This document shows, one piece after another, positions 38,398 through 47,847 of a DNA stretch of 64,000 bases (within the stretch, counting starts at the first letter, position 1; every line of letters begins with the position of its first letter). Both the position numbers and the translations under genes were made by a program. A model generated the notes under the pieces. It did not search any database. It saw only the letters and a program-made list of their open reading frames with translations, and was not told where the DNA came from. Source of the stretch: Octopus sinensis. Taxonomy: Eukaryota. The stretch is taken from positions 63,116,001 through 63,180,000 of the forward strand of contig NC_043009.1 in NCBI RefSeq assembly GCF_006345805.1. The letters run 5' to 3'.

Positions 38398-41300
38398 TCC
38401 TTCCATCCTTCCTTCCTTCCTCCTTCTTTCCTTCCTTCCTTCCTTCCTTCCTGGGTATGTGTACCCAGAGTAAGGGAATTCTAGATATTTAATATCAAAT
38501 AAGAAAACATAAGATGATGTAGGCTCAAACTCCCTTGATAATAGATGGGCTCAGTTGGGGCTGGTCTGCGGCTAAATGGCAAAACTATCTTTCTGGCCCT
38601 CTGTTGGTTATGATGACAAGGGTTCCAGCTGATCCAAGCCTGCTCATGAAATTAGTGTGTAAGTGGCCGAGTACTCCACAGAAATGTGTACCCTTAATGT
38701 GGTTTACAGGAAGATTCAGCTTGATACAGAATGGCCCTTTGAATTACAGGTACTACTCATTCATGCTAGCTGAGTGGACTGGAACAACGTGAAATAAAGT
38801 GTCTTGCTCAAGGACACAAGGCAATGCTAGGAATTGAAGCCATAACCTTACAATCATGAGCTGAATACCCTAACCACTAAACCACATACCTCCAACCACC
38901 CTTGTAGTTACTCTATAGAATACACCCTCACCCACCCTAACCAACACCACCCATCTCCCAACAACACCCCATACTACCCAGCGCTCAAGCGATCTAACAC
39001 CCAACACCATCCCAGTACCACCCTTACACCACCCAATCTCAAGGGTACACATTGTTTGCCAGTTTGATGATACAGTGTCTTATCAATGCCAAGGGTGGGC
39101 GGCAGGAGAATAAAAAATTTTTTACTATCAACTGGGATTCAACCCAGTTTCTTAAGGGTCTTTTAATCTTCCGGTCCCTTCTTTCCAGATCAGTCAAAAA
39201 TTTTTTCGGTGAAGCATTGACAGATTTATTCTGTTTACTCCCCAATAATTTATTCCATATGTTAGTCCTTCATCGTCAGATCCTGTGCAGACATTGGGGT
39301 TTCACTTTCACAACCTTTCCTTCTTTTTCTACACTTTTTATCCTTTACTTTTTCTCATTTCCTTCTTTATCTGCATTCTTATTTTCACCTTTTCTCTTTT
39401 TCCCTTCCCGTCACTCTCTCTCTCTCTCCCTCTCTCTCCCTCTCCTTGTCCTTGTCTCTATCTCAACACTTTTCTCTAAACCCCCACCACAACACTGTCC
39501 CAGTACCCATAGCTCCACCTATTCAGTTTATCTGTATTTTCCATGCTCCACTGAAATCTATTAAAGCAAACCATTTGAAAGGTGAAGTGTGACAGAGAAT
39601 GTGGATCAGCTCCAGTGAACCGCGACCATTTGGTGGAGAGTGTGTGGTGACAGGGACAGAGATAAGGGAAAGGTGTATGGTGTCTAACTGCCAAGTGTTG
39701 CCAACATTCCTGGCTGTCTAAACGTTTCAAGTCTGCCAACACCAACAGAAACTTGTCCTTATCTCACAACTTTCTCACATCACCACTATCTTAATCTAAA
39801 TGTTTGAACATGCTAACCACCAGATGTCACTACCGCCTTGCAATTAACAATTTCATTGAATCAATATTTACTATTCCTAATCTAGCAACCTGTTTTCAAT
39901 CCCAGCCGATGCATTTTGTTCACATCATTAACTTTCTTGGTAAAGGGTTGATCATCACAGCCTTGTATCCCCCTCCCTTTTTTTTTCAAATCACAGACTT
40001 CAAGATTTGTATTGATTGTGACACTTTTAGGAGAATGTTATACAATGGCATTTTCTTACAAGACTTCACATTTATTGAAGCATTCACAGAATATGAAAAA
40101 TATTAAGAAAATGTTTTCTCAACTAAAATTTCATAGAATTTAATGTCAAAAGATCTTACTGAAAGAAGATGGTAAATATCCTAAACATATAAGCCAAACA
40201 TGAACTCCACAGTTCAATGGAAAGAGTGTGGTACAGTTTTCTAATCTTTAGATAATCTCAGGAGCACAATTGAACTAGCAAATTTATATTACACAAACCA
40301 GTTTTCAGCACCAGAGGGCTTTTGTCCAAATTCAATTATCTACAATCCAGAAATAATGTAACTCAAGTCAAACAATTCACTCTCCCTCTCAGTTGGCCTA
40401 TGGACCGGATCTAGCCCATGGCAAAGCTAAGTCCAGCCCCCAGCTCAATTTTATACTAAAAAATACTATTATTTTTTTAAATTTCAAAATATTCTGTAAA
40501 ATATATATATTGCTAGCTTGCATTCAGTGTTAGAGCCCAACAATTGCTATGTTTAATACCTGTTCTGATTAATCAAATCATTGTATTTTAGGGAATTTAA
40601 ACGATGTAACCTATTTCCCCTTCACTTTGTTTATACAAACTAAGTCAAACAAAAGTCTTTTTTTCAAATTTTCACACATGTAGAGTGTTGGGCCTCACAG
40701 AAGCAAAGTGGTTAAGTTACTTTCAAGTGTTGGGCTTCACGGAGGCAATGACTGAGACCTTTGTTATTATGTCATACTTGAGAAGACCCCTCAAGCCTAG
40801 TAAAATTGCAGTCATGGTGTCACGCAATGGGTACCCGTGCTGGTGGCATGTAAAAACACCCACTACTCTCTCGGAGTGATTGGCGTTAGGAAAGGGCATC
40901 CAGTCATAGATGCAGCTTCGCAGCTTACCAGCCATGGCCAAACCACTCAACCCATGCCAGCATGAACAACAGATGTTAAATGATGATGATGATGTACATC
41001 GGAACAGATTCTACTGATATGAACAACATTGAAAGTTTTTGTAGCTGAAGCAAGGCAAACTTTCTATCAAACATTTGTCTTCTGAAGAACTGGATACATT
41101 CACGTCAACAATTTCTATCCTTGCTTTCACTCTAAAGACTCTTACTGCTGCATAAAAGTTCTTAGAATGAGAACAGGACTGTCTCTGTCTGGCCTGCAAC
41201 ATGCAGTTTATTCCTCATTCCAACTTGCAAAGCAAAATGAATTGGACATCTCTGCACTAGATCACTGTTATGTTTTGTTATCCTTAAGTCAGTTTAGGAA

Positions 41301-43110
41301 ACAGCAGATACTGCCTCAGTTTTTATCTGCCTCAGTTTTTATCAATTTATGCATCAAAGACAATTAATGAAGAGGCTGTCATAGAAAAGATGATGATCAC
41401 AAACACAGACATCTTTAGTTGTTATAATGTCAATGGCAAGAGTTTGTGTAAGAAATGCCATTGCTTGAAGGTGTCACCATTTGGAACAATCATAAAGTAT
41501 GAGATATTAGAAAAAGAGGGGAAGATGAAGTTGTGACAAACAATCCTTTATCAAGGAAGTTAACAATAAAGAATAACAATAAAGGTTTGAAACTGAATCA
41601 CTAACCTTAAATACAAATTATACATTATCCTACACACACTGTACACAAGATGCTTTTGGTTTAATAACGCATTTCACTCAGCACATTCTGAAGAGGTCAT
41701 TAGAAAACGGTGGCCCATGGATCGCAGGTGAGCTGCAGAACTTTCTGAATGAGATGCCTAACAAAAAAAAAAAAAAAAAAAAGCTTGAAATTTCTTAGTA
41801 GTATGGTCCGTTTGGTGATGAACCATGTCTCATGTGGCTGGCTTCTCAAAAAAAGGTTGCTCACACCTGATCTAAACACCCCCCCCCCCCGCCTAGTAAC
41901 ACAGCAACTATTCAAACAACATTAATCAAAAAAACAAATTAGATGTAACGTAAGTATATTTCTATTTTCTTAAAAAAAACAATTTTTCATAAGTCTCAGG
42001 AACACAAGAGGTGTATCTGGTGGTTCTGTATAAACTCAAACACCACCAATAAGAAAAACATGAACTTTTATAAAATTGATGATGAAGTTTGATGATAAGT
42101 ACAACGTGGTGCTCCAGAATGGGCGCAATCTAATGACTGAAACAAGTAAAATATAATGTAGTCAAGATATTACAATTATTAAAAAATGAAAATTAAATCT
42201 AATACTCCTCTGTAATTAAAAAATTTAAGTTGCATTTTATCTGCAATTATGTTTTTAAAGCAACAAAAATATTTAAAAGTTATAACCAATATAACTGATA
42301 AAAGCTAACGATTGTCTTTTGTTCTTCAGGTATGTGGTACCCGATTCTTAGATTTATCAATACTGTTGGTGTTATAAGTAACGCATTCCTTATTGCCTTC
42401 ACATCCCATTGGTCTGAGACATTTAGTCTCTCTAAACGGCTCTGGGTTGTCATCGGATTTGAGGTAAAAAAACCCTTTATTTATTTATTTATTTTGTCTG
42501 TCTGTATGTTCTGAATTCAAATTCCAGCCAAGGTTGACTTTGCCTTTCATCCTTTCGGGGTCGATAAATTAAGTACCAGTTGCATACTGGGGTCGATCTA
42601 ATCGACTGGGTCACACCCCCAAAATTTTGGCATTTATGCTTAGAGTAGAAAAGAATATTTTGCTTGAGAAATCCTTCAAAGAAAATCTTTACATACATCT
42701 TCTGGCTAACTGGTTATCTTTATCTAAAATATATCTGTCTGTTTCTAAAACCTGATATTTACCAATAGATTCTTGCATCTGTAATAAATATATTCTGTCC
42801 TTGATATTTGCTTTTAATGAAGAGAAACTTATATTTTGGTAGCACATTGTGTACGGTGTGAAGCTGCTTATAGAAATAATGATTCCAGACACAACAGCCT
42901 ACGTGAAAATGGTCAGGAGACAGGTAAATATTGTTTATTTATGGTGTGTATATATATACACACACACACACACACATACACACACACACACACACACAAG
43001 CATGTACACACACATACACTCAAACACACACAAGTACACACACACAAACACATACACAGAAACACACTCACACAAACGCATACACATACAAACACATGCA
43101 CACACACAAG

Positions 43111-43142
<32 letters not shown>

Positions 43143-44174
43143 AACACATACAAACACACAGGTGCGCACACATACACACGCACACACACGCGCACACACA
43201 CGCACACACATACGCACACACACACACGCACATACAAACACACACACAGAGCCACTCCTACACCTATTAACGACAGACCAGAACTGAACTACTCTCTGGA
43301 CATAGTCTCATCTTTAAGATTCTGTTACATCTTCTTCATCACAGTTATTTCTTTTCCTTCATGGGTTTTCCCTGTTTCTCTGCCATCCTCTGAACACTTT
43401 ACCAAACTTTCTGGACCTCATAATCATTGTTGTGTAGTTCTTACCAATTTCTTTGACTTTTCTTCTCTTCACAGAATTCATGCATTTTTTTTTTGTCTTT
43501 CTCATTTTAAAAATTTTTCTTTAAGACTTCAATCTTTGTTAAAAGAGGGTTTTCACACACCCATGTACTTTTGATATACTCTTGTACACGCATCAATAAC
43601 ACTGAGCACTTTACTCTTACCATCTCATGGGCTTCACCCATACCTTTATTCCCTCACACTCATGCTTACCTTCACCTCCTCGCATTCATACTTTTACACC
43701 ATTGACCTAACAATTACACACACACACACACTCACACACACACACACACAACACACACACACACACACAGAAAATATTCAAGCTTTCATAGGGTAAAGGG
43801 TAAAGACTCCCTTCGGTCATAAAGGACCATGGGATTGCACCTAGGAAGTTATCCTTTGTGGTGCAAGTCTGGGCAAGGTTTTTTTACGGAAGACCCTTTC
43901 CATGCCACGATGTTATCCAAGGCAAAGGCAAAGGGGCTGATACAGCTTGGCACCAGTGATCTCACAACTCACTTCTACAGCTGAGTGAACTGGAGCAATG
44001 TGAAATAAAGGGTCTTGCTCAAGAACACATTACACAGCCTGGCCCGGGAAGTGAACTCACTACCTCAAGATTGTGAGCCTGACATTCATACATTAACCAC
44101 AGTTACTTTAGTTTCTCTCTGTTTCTCTGTCTCCCTCTCCACCAATTTCACACACACACACTCACTCTTTCTTT

Positions 44175-44205
<31 letters not shown>

Positions 44206-44287
44206 TTTTTCTTCTTTCTTTCTTTCTTCCTTCTTTATTCCTTCCTTCCTTCCTTCCTTCCTTCCTTCCTCCATCCCTCCCTCCCTC

Positions 44288-44360
<73 letters not shown>

Positions 44361-44827
44361 CTCTCTCTTTCTTGGTGTTTATCTTCTTTTATATTTGTTT
44401 CAGAATAAAATGAAAGTTTCAGAAAGATTAAAATGTGAAACAAAAGACTATCACAATATTGTACCCCAAGATTCTCACAGATCCTGGTAAGTTTACCAAT
44501 TCCTCCAGAGTTCATTTCAAAGTGACTCACCTTTGTTTTCAAAGTTAAAATATAAACTTTCTGACCTGAAAATTTCTGAATATAGTTTCAATTATCTTTA
44601 TATAGAAAGGAATTGGCTAAGTGGATAAGATATAAGGTGATTAGGTCTGATGCTTCAGGTGAGAAGTCAAAGGTATACATTTCTGACAGTATCAATAAGT
44701 ACACATTTTTCATTTACAAATATTTATATTTTTCTTATTGTTGCTTATAATTTATGACTTCATATTGTTGTGACATATTAGTGGTTTGGAACTATATTTC
44801 CCAAGAAGAAATATCTCTCTCACTTAC

Positions 44828-44895
<68 letters not shown>

Positions 44896-45124
44896 TATAT
44901 ATATATAGTTATATATATATTTAAAAAAGGAGATGTGGAACACGAGTTGTGATATATAAAAAAGGAAATGAAGAAAATGCTGACAAAATAGTTTAAGTAA
45001 TTTAAGTAATTTAATTAGGTGAAAGTTCTTTTTACCGGTTGCGCATTTGTTATGCTTATCAAAAGATGTTTTTTTAAGAGAGATAGAGTTACTTTCTGAT
45101 AGATTTTTTCCTCTTATCTGTTAT

Positions 45125-45155
<31 letters not shown>

Positions 45156-47793
45156 TATTTAATAGACACAGTATATATTTTTTTGAGCAACTATTAGTTT
45201 CATGTTATAAAAACATCCCAGACACCATTTTTAAACATGTCTGGTACCTCTATCCAATCCTCAGGCTGTACCTACTTGGCATAACAACCTAAAAACAGGA
45301 TGATAGGATGAGGGGGAAAAAGAGAAAAGGTGAGAAGGAAGGTGTAAAAAGTGGAAGTTTGAAAAACTGGGAAACGAAACAGAAAACAGATGCATATAAT
45401 GTACATAAATATATGTACACATAAATAAATATAAGGCAGCGAGCTGGCAGAAACGTTAGCACGCCGGGCGAAATGCGTAGCCGTATTTCGAATGCCATTA
45501 CGTTCTGAGTTCAAATTCTGTTGAGGTCGACTTTGCCTTTCATCCTTTCGGGGTCGATAAATTAAGTACCAGTTACACACTGGGGTTGATGTAATCGACT
45601 TAATCCATTTGTCTGTCCTTGTTTGTCCCCTCTGTGTTTAGCCCCTTGTGGGTACTAAAGAAATATATAAATAAGTACATATATACATACGCACACATAT
45701 ATCATGCAGCTATATATACTCCCATTTAAACAATAACTGATTTGGACATCTACCTGTAAACTATTATTCCTCTCTGACCCAATATTAACCACATATTCTA
45801 GAATTATGTTTTAATGGTGCTAATTACAAATATCTTTTGAATATGATAGGTAACAATGTGTTATTACATTTTGCATTTAATATCTCTTTAAAAGGTTTGA
45901 CTGCAATGGACAACTGAAGGCATTCAAAGAACCAATTCTTGAAGAACCACCAGAAAAAAGGAATTCCTGTTCTGTGGAGGATGAGACTTCTTCTCCCATA
46001 GAGTTATCCCACAGGTATTCACACCTCTGTTTCAACTCTTTAGCATTTAAGCTGGCCGTACCTGACCCAAATATTCTACTTGTTTTATATCAAACTGGCC
46101 AACTCCAGGGTCTCCCATCTACCCAACAATCTCATTCTAAATATATAAAATCAGCATCATTGAAACCTCAAAGCTCTAGGATTAATGCTGGATTAATTCA
46201 AAGCGATGTGGATAAATAAGGATTATATGTGACAGAGTAATCTCGAGGCTAAAGTGTTAAACTGTGCCTCAGTTTCTCTTTTTCTTGCAACCTCATTGTT
46301 CATGTAACACAGGAGTCAGTAGGATGGTGAATATTGACCCATGAGGTTCTATGTGGCTAGCTAAGGGATTCATAGTTCGAATATATCAATATAATATCAC
46401 TGAATTTCTATTGATCTTTATCAGTTTTGTTGTTTACACTAAATCCTCATCGTCATCATCATCATCATCATTTAACGTCCGCTTTCCATGCTAGCATGGG
46501 TTGGACGATTTGACAGGTCTGGCGAACCAGATGGCTGTACCAGGTTCCAATCTGATCTGGCAGAGTTTCTACGGTTGGATGCCCTTCCTTTATTGAAAAG
46601 TGGTAATGACACAGAAGAGTGAAGAAATGATTGATTTTGAAAAAAGAAATATTTTATTAATTATACATTTCAATTTCATTTTAGAAATTTGCAAAATGGG
46701 GTGGTGTGGGATCAATTATCTAAGAAGTCTGCTGATCCCTGGTGTTACACATTGCCCATCTTATATTTCACATTTAATCTCCTAACTTGGCCCACTTCTC
46801 ATAGCTTGTTATCGATATCATGTTATAACCTCAGGTTTCTCACATATTTTATGTAATTATGCTTCCAACATTTATTATTCTTTAGTCCAAGGCCAGAGAG
46901 GGGGAAACGAGAGAGAAGTCTCATAACCGTACAGAATTGTAGAATACAGCTGTTGGTTGTAACGAGGTGATGAGTGACGTTTTACACATTAATCAGATGG
47001 ACTTCCTTCAGAAATGGTCCTGAATGTTTATCTGTCCTGTTCTTGATTGGCAATGAGTATTCTAATGTGGGGGGTCCTTCTGTGTTATTTTACAGGGTCA
47101 GCAACTGCAGAGAGATGGAGTATTTACTGGCCTTGTATTTGTGATATTGTGATATTGTCATCCACCATACATCTCACATCGTCCGACACAATTATTTTAC
47201 ATTTCATATTTCACATGTTGTCATTTTTTTTATTTTAAAGACGAAACTAATAAGTGAAGTTAATAATAATTGAGTTTCCAATTTTATTTTAATAGCTGAA
47301 GGTGTTTTATTTCAGTAGCATCACTATTGCAAACAGCGTGATCATTGTAACATTCTTGTCTTTCATCTCTAAAGTGTAAACCTTCGGCTAAGTTACCAGG
47401 AAATTATAATGTTTCTTTTTACATCCTTATTGACAGCACATCGTGTAATTTATCGAGTCAGAAACAACAACGGCTGAAGAGAAAAAGCTTGCACACCACA
47501 GAGATGCTGAATAAACAAAAGAAGGGTTCTGTAGCAGATGATGAGGACGATGGAGGTTTGTGCTTGATGTTTTACCTGTAATTCTTAATTCTAAAACAGA
47601 TTTATGAATGTGAAGAATGAAGAATGTGAGGAATGAAGAATAACCCATTACAATTATTCTTTATCTTCCAGATTCTGATAGTGCTGCTGCTAAGACCCGT
47701 GATCGTATTATTAACCGAAACCGTCCACATTCTTTGGCAACTGCTGGGTCAATATCTTTGAGTCTTGGTAATCATCCTGCAAGTAATTTATAA
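521..47793 (+). CDS. ANO: Anoctamin/TMEM16 family Ca2+-activated channel/scramblase, multi-exon, 5'-partial (paralogue not assignable)
   Basis: Hand-spliced exons 521-602, 2191-2530, (5072-5092), 9496-9549, 11065-11159, 12053-12174, 14773-14844, 16475-16630, 17578-17614, 21207-21316, 32586-32731, 33526-33724, 37979-38108, 42330-42463, 42843-42923, 44404-44486, 45895-46014, 47437-47555 and 47672 onward join in frame with GT-AG introns. Motifs: [92 protein letters not shown]....QDIGMW, FEH. The C-terminal end is uncertain. Confidence 0.95.
672..840 (-). mobile_element. SINE family A, 5' half
   Basis: Matches other copies: head GGCGCAG..TGGCTGTGTGGTAAG and a CCTTGG(G/A)CAAGTGTCTTCTACTATAGCC core. 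Confidence 0.85.
1357..1669 (-). mobile_element. SINE family A (tRNA head, CORE-like CCTTGGGCAAGT domain)
   Basis: Near-full copy similar to 7945-8348 and 33769-34195. Confidence 0.9.
1670..1905 (+). mobile_element. SINE family E (RTE-type tail ending in (GAT)n)
   Basis: GGTTGGC.TTAGGAAGGGCATCCAGC...CCCATGCTAGCATGGAAAA.GGACGTTAAACGATGATGATG. Confidence 0.85.
2191..2530 (+). CDS. ANO: Anoctamin exon (pre-TM1 and TM1: [19 protein letters not shown]...[40 protein letters not shown])
   Basis: ttcaaatttag acceptor, gtaagg donor at 2531. Contains the hallmark anoctamin [12 protein letters not shown] motif. Confidence 0.97.
3906..4185 (-). mobile_element. SINE family D (GGAGGCGCAATGGCCCAGT head)
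   Basis: A and B boxes on the minus strand. 10-bp TSD TAAATGAAGG at 3896-3905 and 4186-4195. Confidence 0.9.
4274..4739. mobile_element. Two adjacent piggyBac-type MITEs (4274-4487, 4511-4739)
   Basis: Each is bounded by TTAA-CCCTTT...AAAGGG-TTAA. The two copies are clearly homologous. Confidence 0.85.
5072..5092 (+). CDS. ANO: Candidate 21-nt anoctamin micro-exon (R-CSQTDL-C)
   Basis: ttgttcatcag acceptor and consensus gtaagt donor at 5093. Phase 2-2, frame-preserving and stop-free between exons 2530 and 9496. Confidence 0.45.
5256..5570 (-). mobile_element. Non-autonomous Helitron, 3' end (5' boundary uncertain)
   Basis: Minus strand CCCGAGCAACGCCGGG hairpin followed by CGATACTG-CTAG-T, the classic Helitron terminus. 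Confidence 0.75.
7140..7350. repeat. Compound microsatellite (TATG)n-(TCTG/TCTA)n-(TG)n
   Basis: Seen directly in the sequence. Confidence 0.95.
7945..8348 (+). mobile_element. SINE family A, full length
   Basis: Head, CORE-like domain, internal (AT/GT)n and 3' AAAGA tail. Confidence 0.92.
8690..9084 (+). mobile_element. SINE family A, full length
   Basis: Same structure as 7945-8348, with an (AAAAGAGT)n tail. Confidence 0.92.
9496..9549 (+). CDS. ANO: Anoctamin exon (TM1-TM2 loop: [18 protein letters not shown])
   Basis: tttttctttttcag acceptor, gtaagt donor at 9550. Phase 2-2; carries two N-glycosylation sequons (NSS, NET). Confidence 0.85.
10111..10420 (+). mobile_element. SINE family B (GTGTCCTTGAGCAAGACAC domain)
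   Basis: A box TAGCTTAGTGG. The 3' part is shared with family D; a reverse copy lies at about 38590-38880. Confidence 0.8.
11065..11159 (+). CDS. ANO: Anoctamin exon ([34 protein letters not shown]2)
   Basis: tttcag acceptor, gtaagt donor at 11160. FDN..TPYFA motif. Confidence 0.96.
11230..11440 (-). mobile_element. SINE family C (Nin-domain-like)
   Basis: Reverse complement of GAGGTCGACTTTGCCTTTCATCCTTTCGGGGTCGATAAA..AAGTACCAG. Confidence 0.8.
11581..11894. mobile_element. Non-autonomous DNA transposon (MITE) with 14-bp TIRs
   Basis: CAGTGGTGGACTGG...CCAGTCTACCACTG (1 mismatch), flanked by ATT on both sides. Confidence 0.7.
12053..12174 (+). CDS. ANO: Anoctamin exon ([40 protein letters not shown])
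   Basis: ttccag acceptor, gtaagt donor at 12175. F.E.WKR...W and E..RPEF motifs. Confidence 0.97.
14165..14530 (+). mobile_element. SINE family E with internal tandem units
   Basis: Repeated TGGCACGTAAAAAGCACC units and a (GAT)n tail. Confidence 0.88.
14773..14844 (+). CDS. ANO: Anoctamin exon ([26 protein letters not shown]3 start)
   Basis: gtaagt donor at 14845; acceptor is a weaker ...ttccccaag. Phase 0-0; YP...R..KY..S.SV..FM pattern. Confidence 0.85.
15008..15401 (-). mobile_element. SINE family A, full length
   Basis: Reverse complement of the family A structure. Confidence 0.92.
15600..15820 (-). mobile_element. Mariner-derived MITE (other copies at ~19536-19755 and ~27700-27897)
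   Basis: TA-CGAGGGG..GCTGAAAA..TCCTGGC terminal repeats. The 19.6-kb copy encodes [19 protein letters not shown], resembling a mariner transposase C-terminus. Confidence 0.8.
15873..16403 (+). mobile_element. CR1/L2-clade LINE, 5'-truncated (RT C-terminal region and 3' UTR)
   Basis: [10 protein letters not shown]...LRRLAADL...NTRGH...[19 protein letters not shown]...FK is the typical CR1 ORF2 end; (ATT)n tail. Confidence 0.9.
16475..16630 (+). CDS. ANO: Anoctamin exon ([18 protein letters not shown]...[20 protein letters not shown]3-TM4)
   Basis: ttcctttcag acceptor, gtaagc donor at 16631. 52 codons. Confidence 0.96.
17145..17375 (+). mobile_element. Fold-back mini-element with hammerhead-like motif (probable Penelope pLTR derivative)
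   Basis: Perfect 77-bp arms (17145-17221 / 17229-17305), CCGATGA...GAAA core, AATAAA tail, embedded in (TA)n. Confidence 0.7.
17578..17614 (+). CDS. ANO: Anoctamin exon ([13 protein letters not shown])
   Basis: tttccag acceptor, gttcgt donor at 17615. Joins the next exon to form the LT.WENHRT motif. Confidence 0.92.
17730..18420. repeat. Degenerate ~52-62-bp minisatellite (ATCATGTGGTGGGTGGG..AAATTTGGTCACATG), about 9-10 units
   Basis: Recurrent units seen directly; interrupted at 17944-18078. Confidence 0.8.
18546..18719 (-). mobile_element. RTE-clade LINE 3' fragment (same family as 58013-58510)
   Basis: Encodes [38 protein letters not shown]...STTVEQ*, then a (GAT)n tail. Confidence 0.9.
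19796..20024. mobile_element. piggyBac-type MITE family 2 (other copies 46031-46260 and 52041-52270)
   Basis: TTAACCCTTTAG...AAAGGGTTAA termini; three homologous copies in the window. Confidence 0.85.
20520..20935 (+). mobile_element. Two tandem SINE family C copies (Nin-domain-like); the second is 5'-truncated
   Basis: GGTGAGCTGGCAGA head, B box GAGTTCAAATTCC, Nin-like domain present twice. Confidence 0.9.
21207..21316 (+). CDS. ANO: Anoctamin exon ([39 protein letters not shown]5)
   Basis: ccttgtag acceptor, gtaagt donor at 21317. Hallmark TM5 sequence. Confidence 0.98.
21405..21560 (-). mobile_element. Penelope pLTR-like fragment with hammerhead-like motif
   Basis: Minus strand GACAC-CTGATGA-A-GGCTG(loop)CAGCC-GAAA-TGTT-GTGTT. 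Confidence 0.6.
21640..21915 (+). mobile_element. SINE family E
   Basis: RTE-type tail with (GAT)n. Confidence 0.85.
22848..23790. mobile_element. SINE cluster: A 5' half (+, 22848-23012), E (-, 23026-23467, three 67-bp tandem units), A 5' half (-, ~23620-23790)
   Basis: Homology to the other copies in the window. Confidence 0.85.
24039..24165. repeat. 15/18-bp GGTGGTGGAGGTGTT minisatellite
   Basis: Seen directly in the sequence. Confidence 0.9.
24385..24912. repeat. ~500-bp (TTA)n field with TTG/TCA/TAC variants
   Basis: Seen directly in the sequence. Confidence 0.97.
25062..25757. repeat. ~700-bp (GGT)n/(GAT)n field
   Basis: Seen directly in the sequence. Confidence 0.97.
29790..30070 (-). 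mobile_element. SINE related to family D
   Basis: Minus strand GGCCTAGTGGTTAG A box and GGGTTCGAATCTC B box; GAAAGAGTGAGAGAAAGTTGTGG segment. Confidence 0.75.
30196..30349. repeat. ~26-bp tandem repeat, 6 units (TTTGAGCTCAGAAGCATGTGTTTAAC)
   Basis: Seen directly in the sequence. Confidence 0.9.
32586..32731 (+). CDS. ANO: Anoctamin exon ([51 protein letters not shown]6)
   Basis: ttttttttatag acceptor, gtaagt donor at 32732. C..C..LS.Q motif. Confidence 0.96.
32845..33266. repeat. ~420-bp (CAT)n field with CAC/CGT variants, in the intron between the TM6 and TM7 exons
   Basis: Seen directly in the sequence. Confidence 0.97.
33526..33724 (+). CDS. ANO: Anoctamin exon (QVKKIWRR...[21 protein letters not shown]7)
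   Basis: Long poly-T plus cag acceptor, gtgagt donor at 33725. E..E..IQYG Ca2+-site motif. Confidence 0.97.
33769..34195 (+). mobile_element. SINE family A, full length
   Basis: Starts 44 nt after the 33725 donor. Confidence 0.93.
36426..36821 (-). mobile_element. SINE family A, full length
   Basis: Reverse complement of the family A structure. Confidence 0.93.
37515..37925 (-). mobile_element. SINE family A, full length
   Basis: Head ends 53 nt before exon 37979. Confidence 0.93.
37979..38108 (+). CDS. ANO: Anoctamin exon ([46 protein letters not shown]8)
   Basis: atttctag acceptor, gtaagt donor at 38109. F.AAFPLAP and RRP motifs. Confidence 0.98.
38282..38452. repeat. (TTTC)n/(TTCC)n polypyrimidine tract (a second one at ~44165-44372)
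   Basis: Seen directly in the sequence. Confidence 0.95.
42330..42463 (+). CDS. ANO: Anoctamin exon ([46 protein letters not shown]9-TM10)
   Basis: gttcttcag acceptor, gtaaaa donor at 42464. IG.W..IL and NAF.IAFTS motifs. Confidence 0.97.
42843..42923 (+). CDS. ANO: Anoctamin exon ([27 protein letters not shown])
   Basis: ttttggtag acceptor, gtaaat donor at 42924. FEH....K......IPD motif. Confidence 0.95.
42955..43250. repeat. Irregular (CA)n array directly after exon 42843-42923
   Basis: Seen directly in the sequence. Confidence 0.95.
44404..44486 (+). CDS. ANO: Anoctamin C-terminal exon ([28 protein letters not shown])
   Basis: tttgtttcag acceptor, gtaagt donor at 44487. Phase 0 to 2, consistent with both neighbours. 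Confidence 0.85.
45435..45663 (+). mobile_element. SINE family C, full length (others at ~26270-26760 -, 27435-27612 +, 42505-42655 +, 51172-51375 -, 55170-55360 -, 62440-62750 -)
   Basis: GGCAGCGAGCTGGCAGAAACGTTAGCACGCC head and Nin-like domain. Confidence 0.9.
45895..46014 (+). CDS. ANO: Anoctamin C-terminal exon ([40 protein letters not shown])
   Basis: tctctttaaaag acceptor, cag/gtattc donor at 46015. Phase 2-2, open, protein-like composition. Confidence 0.75.
47437..47555 (+). CDS. ANO: Anoctamin C-terminal exon ([40 protein letters not shown])
   Basis: ccttattgacag acceptor, gtttgt donor at 47556. Phase 2 to 1 links 46014 to 47672 in frame. Confidence 0.78.
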
Positions 47794-47847
47794 CATCAGA
47801 TGCTTGTTCAATAATACCAACAACAACAGCAACAACAATAAAGAATG
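47672..47847 (+). CDS. ANO: Anoctamin penultimate or last coding exon ([39 protein letters not shown])
   Basis: ttatcttccag acceptor; in-frame TAA at 47791-47793. A strong gtgagt donor at 47848 suggests the exon runs to 47847 (see finding). Confidence 0.65.

Noticed and set aside
39476-39745. 89-aa minus-strand ORF
   Set aside because: No recognisable motif or splice structure; likely chance or a decayed repeat.
46015-46219. Read-through of the 45895 exon frame (ORF 45974-46219) as a terminal exon
   Set aside because: The extension lies inside a piggyBac-type MITE (46031-46260), and downstream exons 47437 and 47672 join in frame via the 46015 donor.
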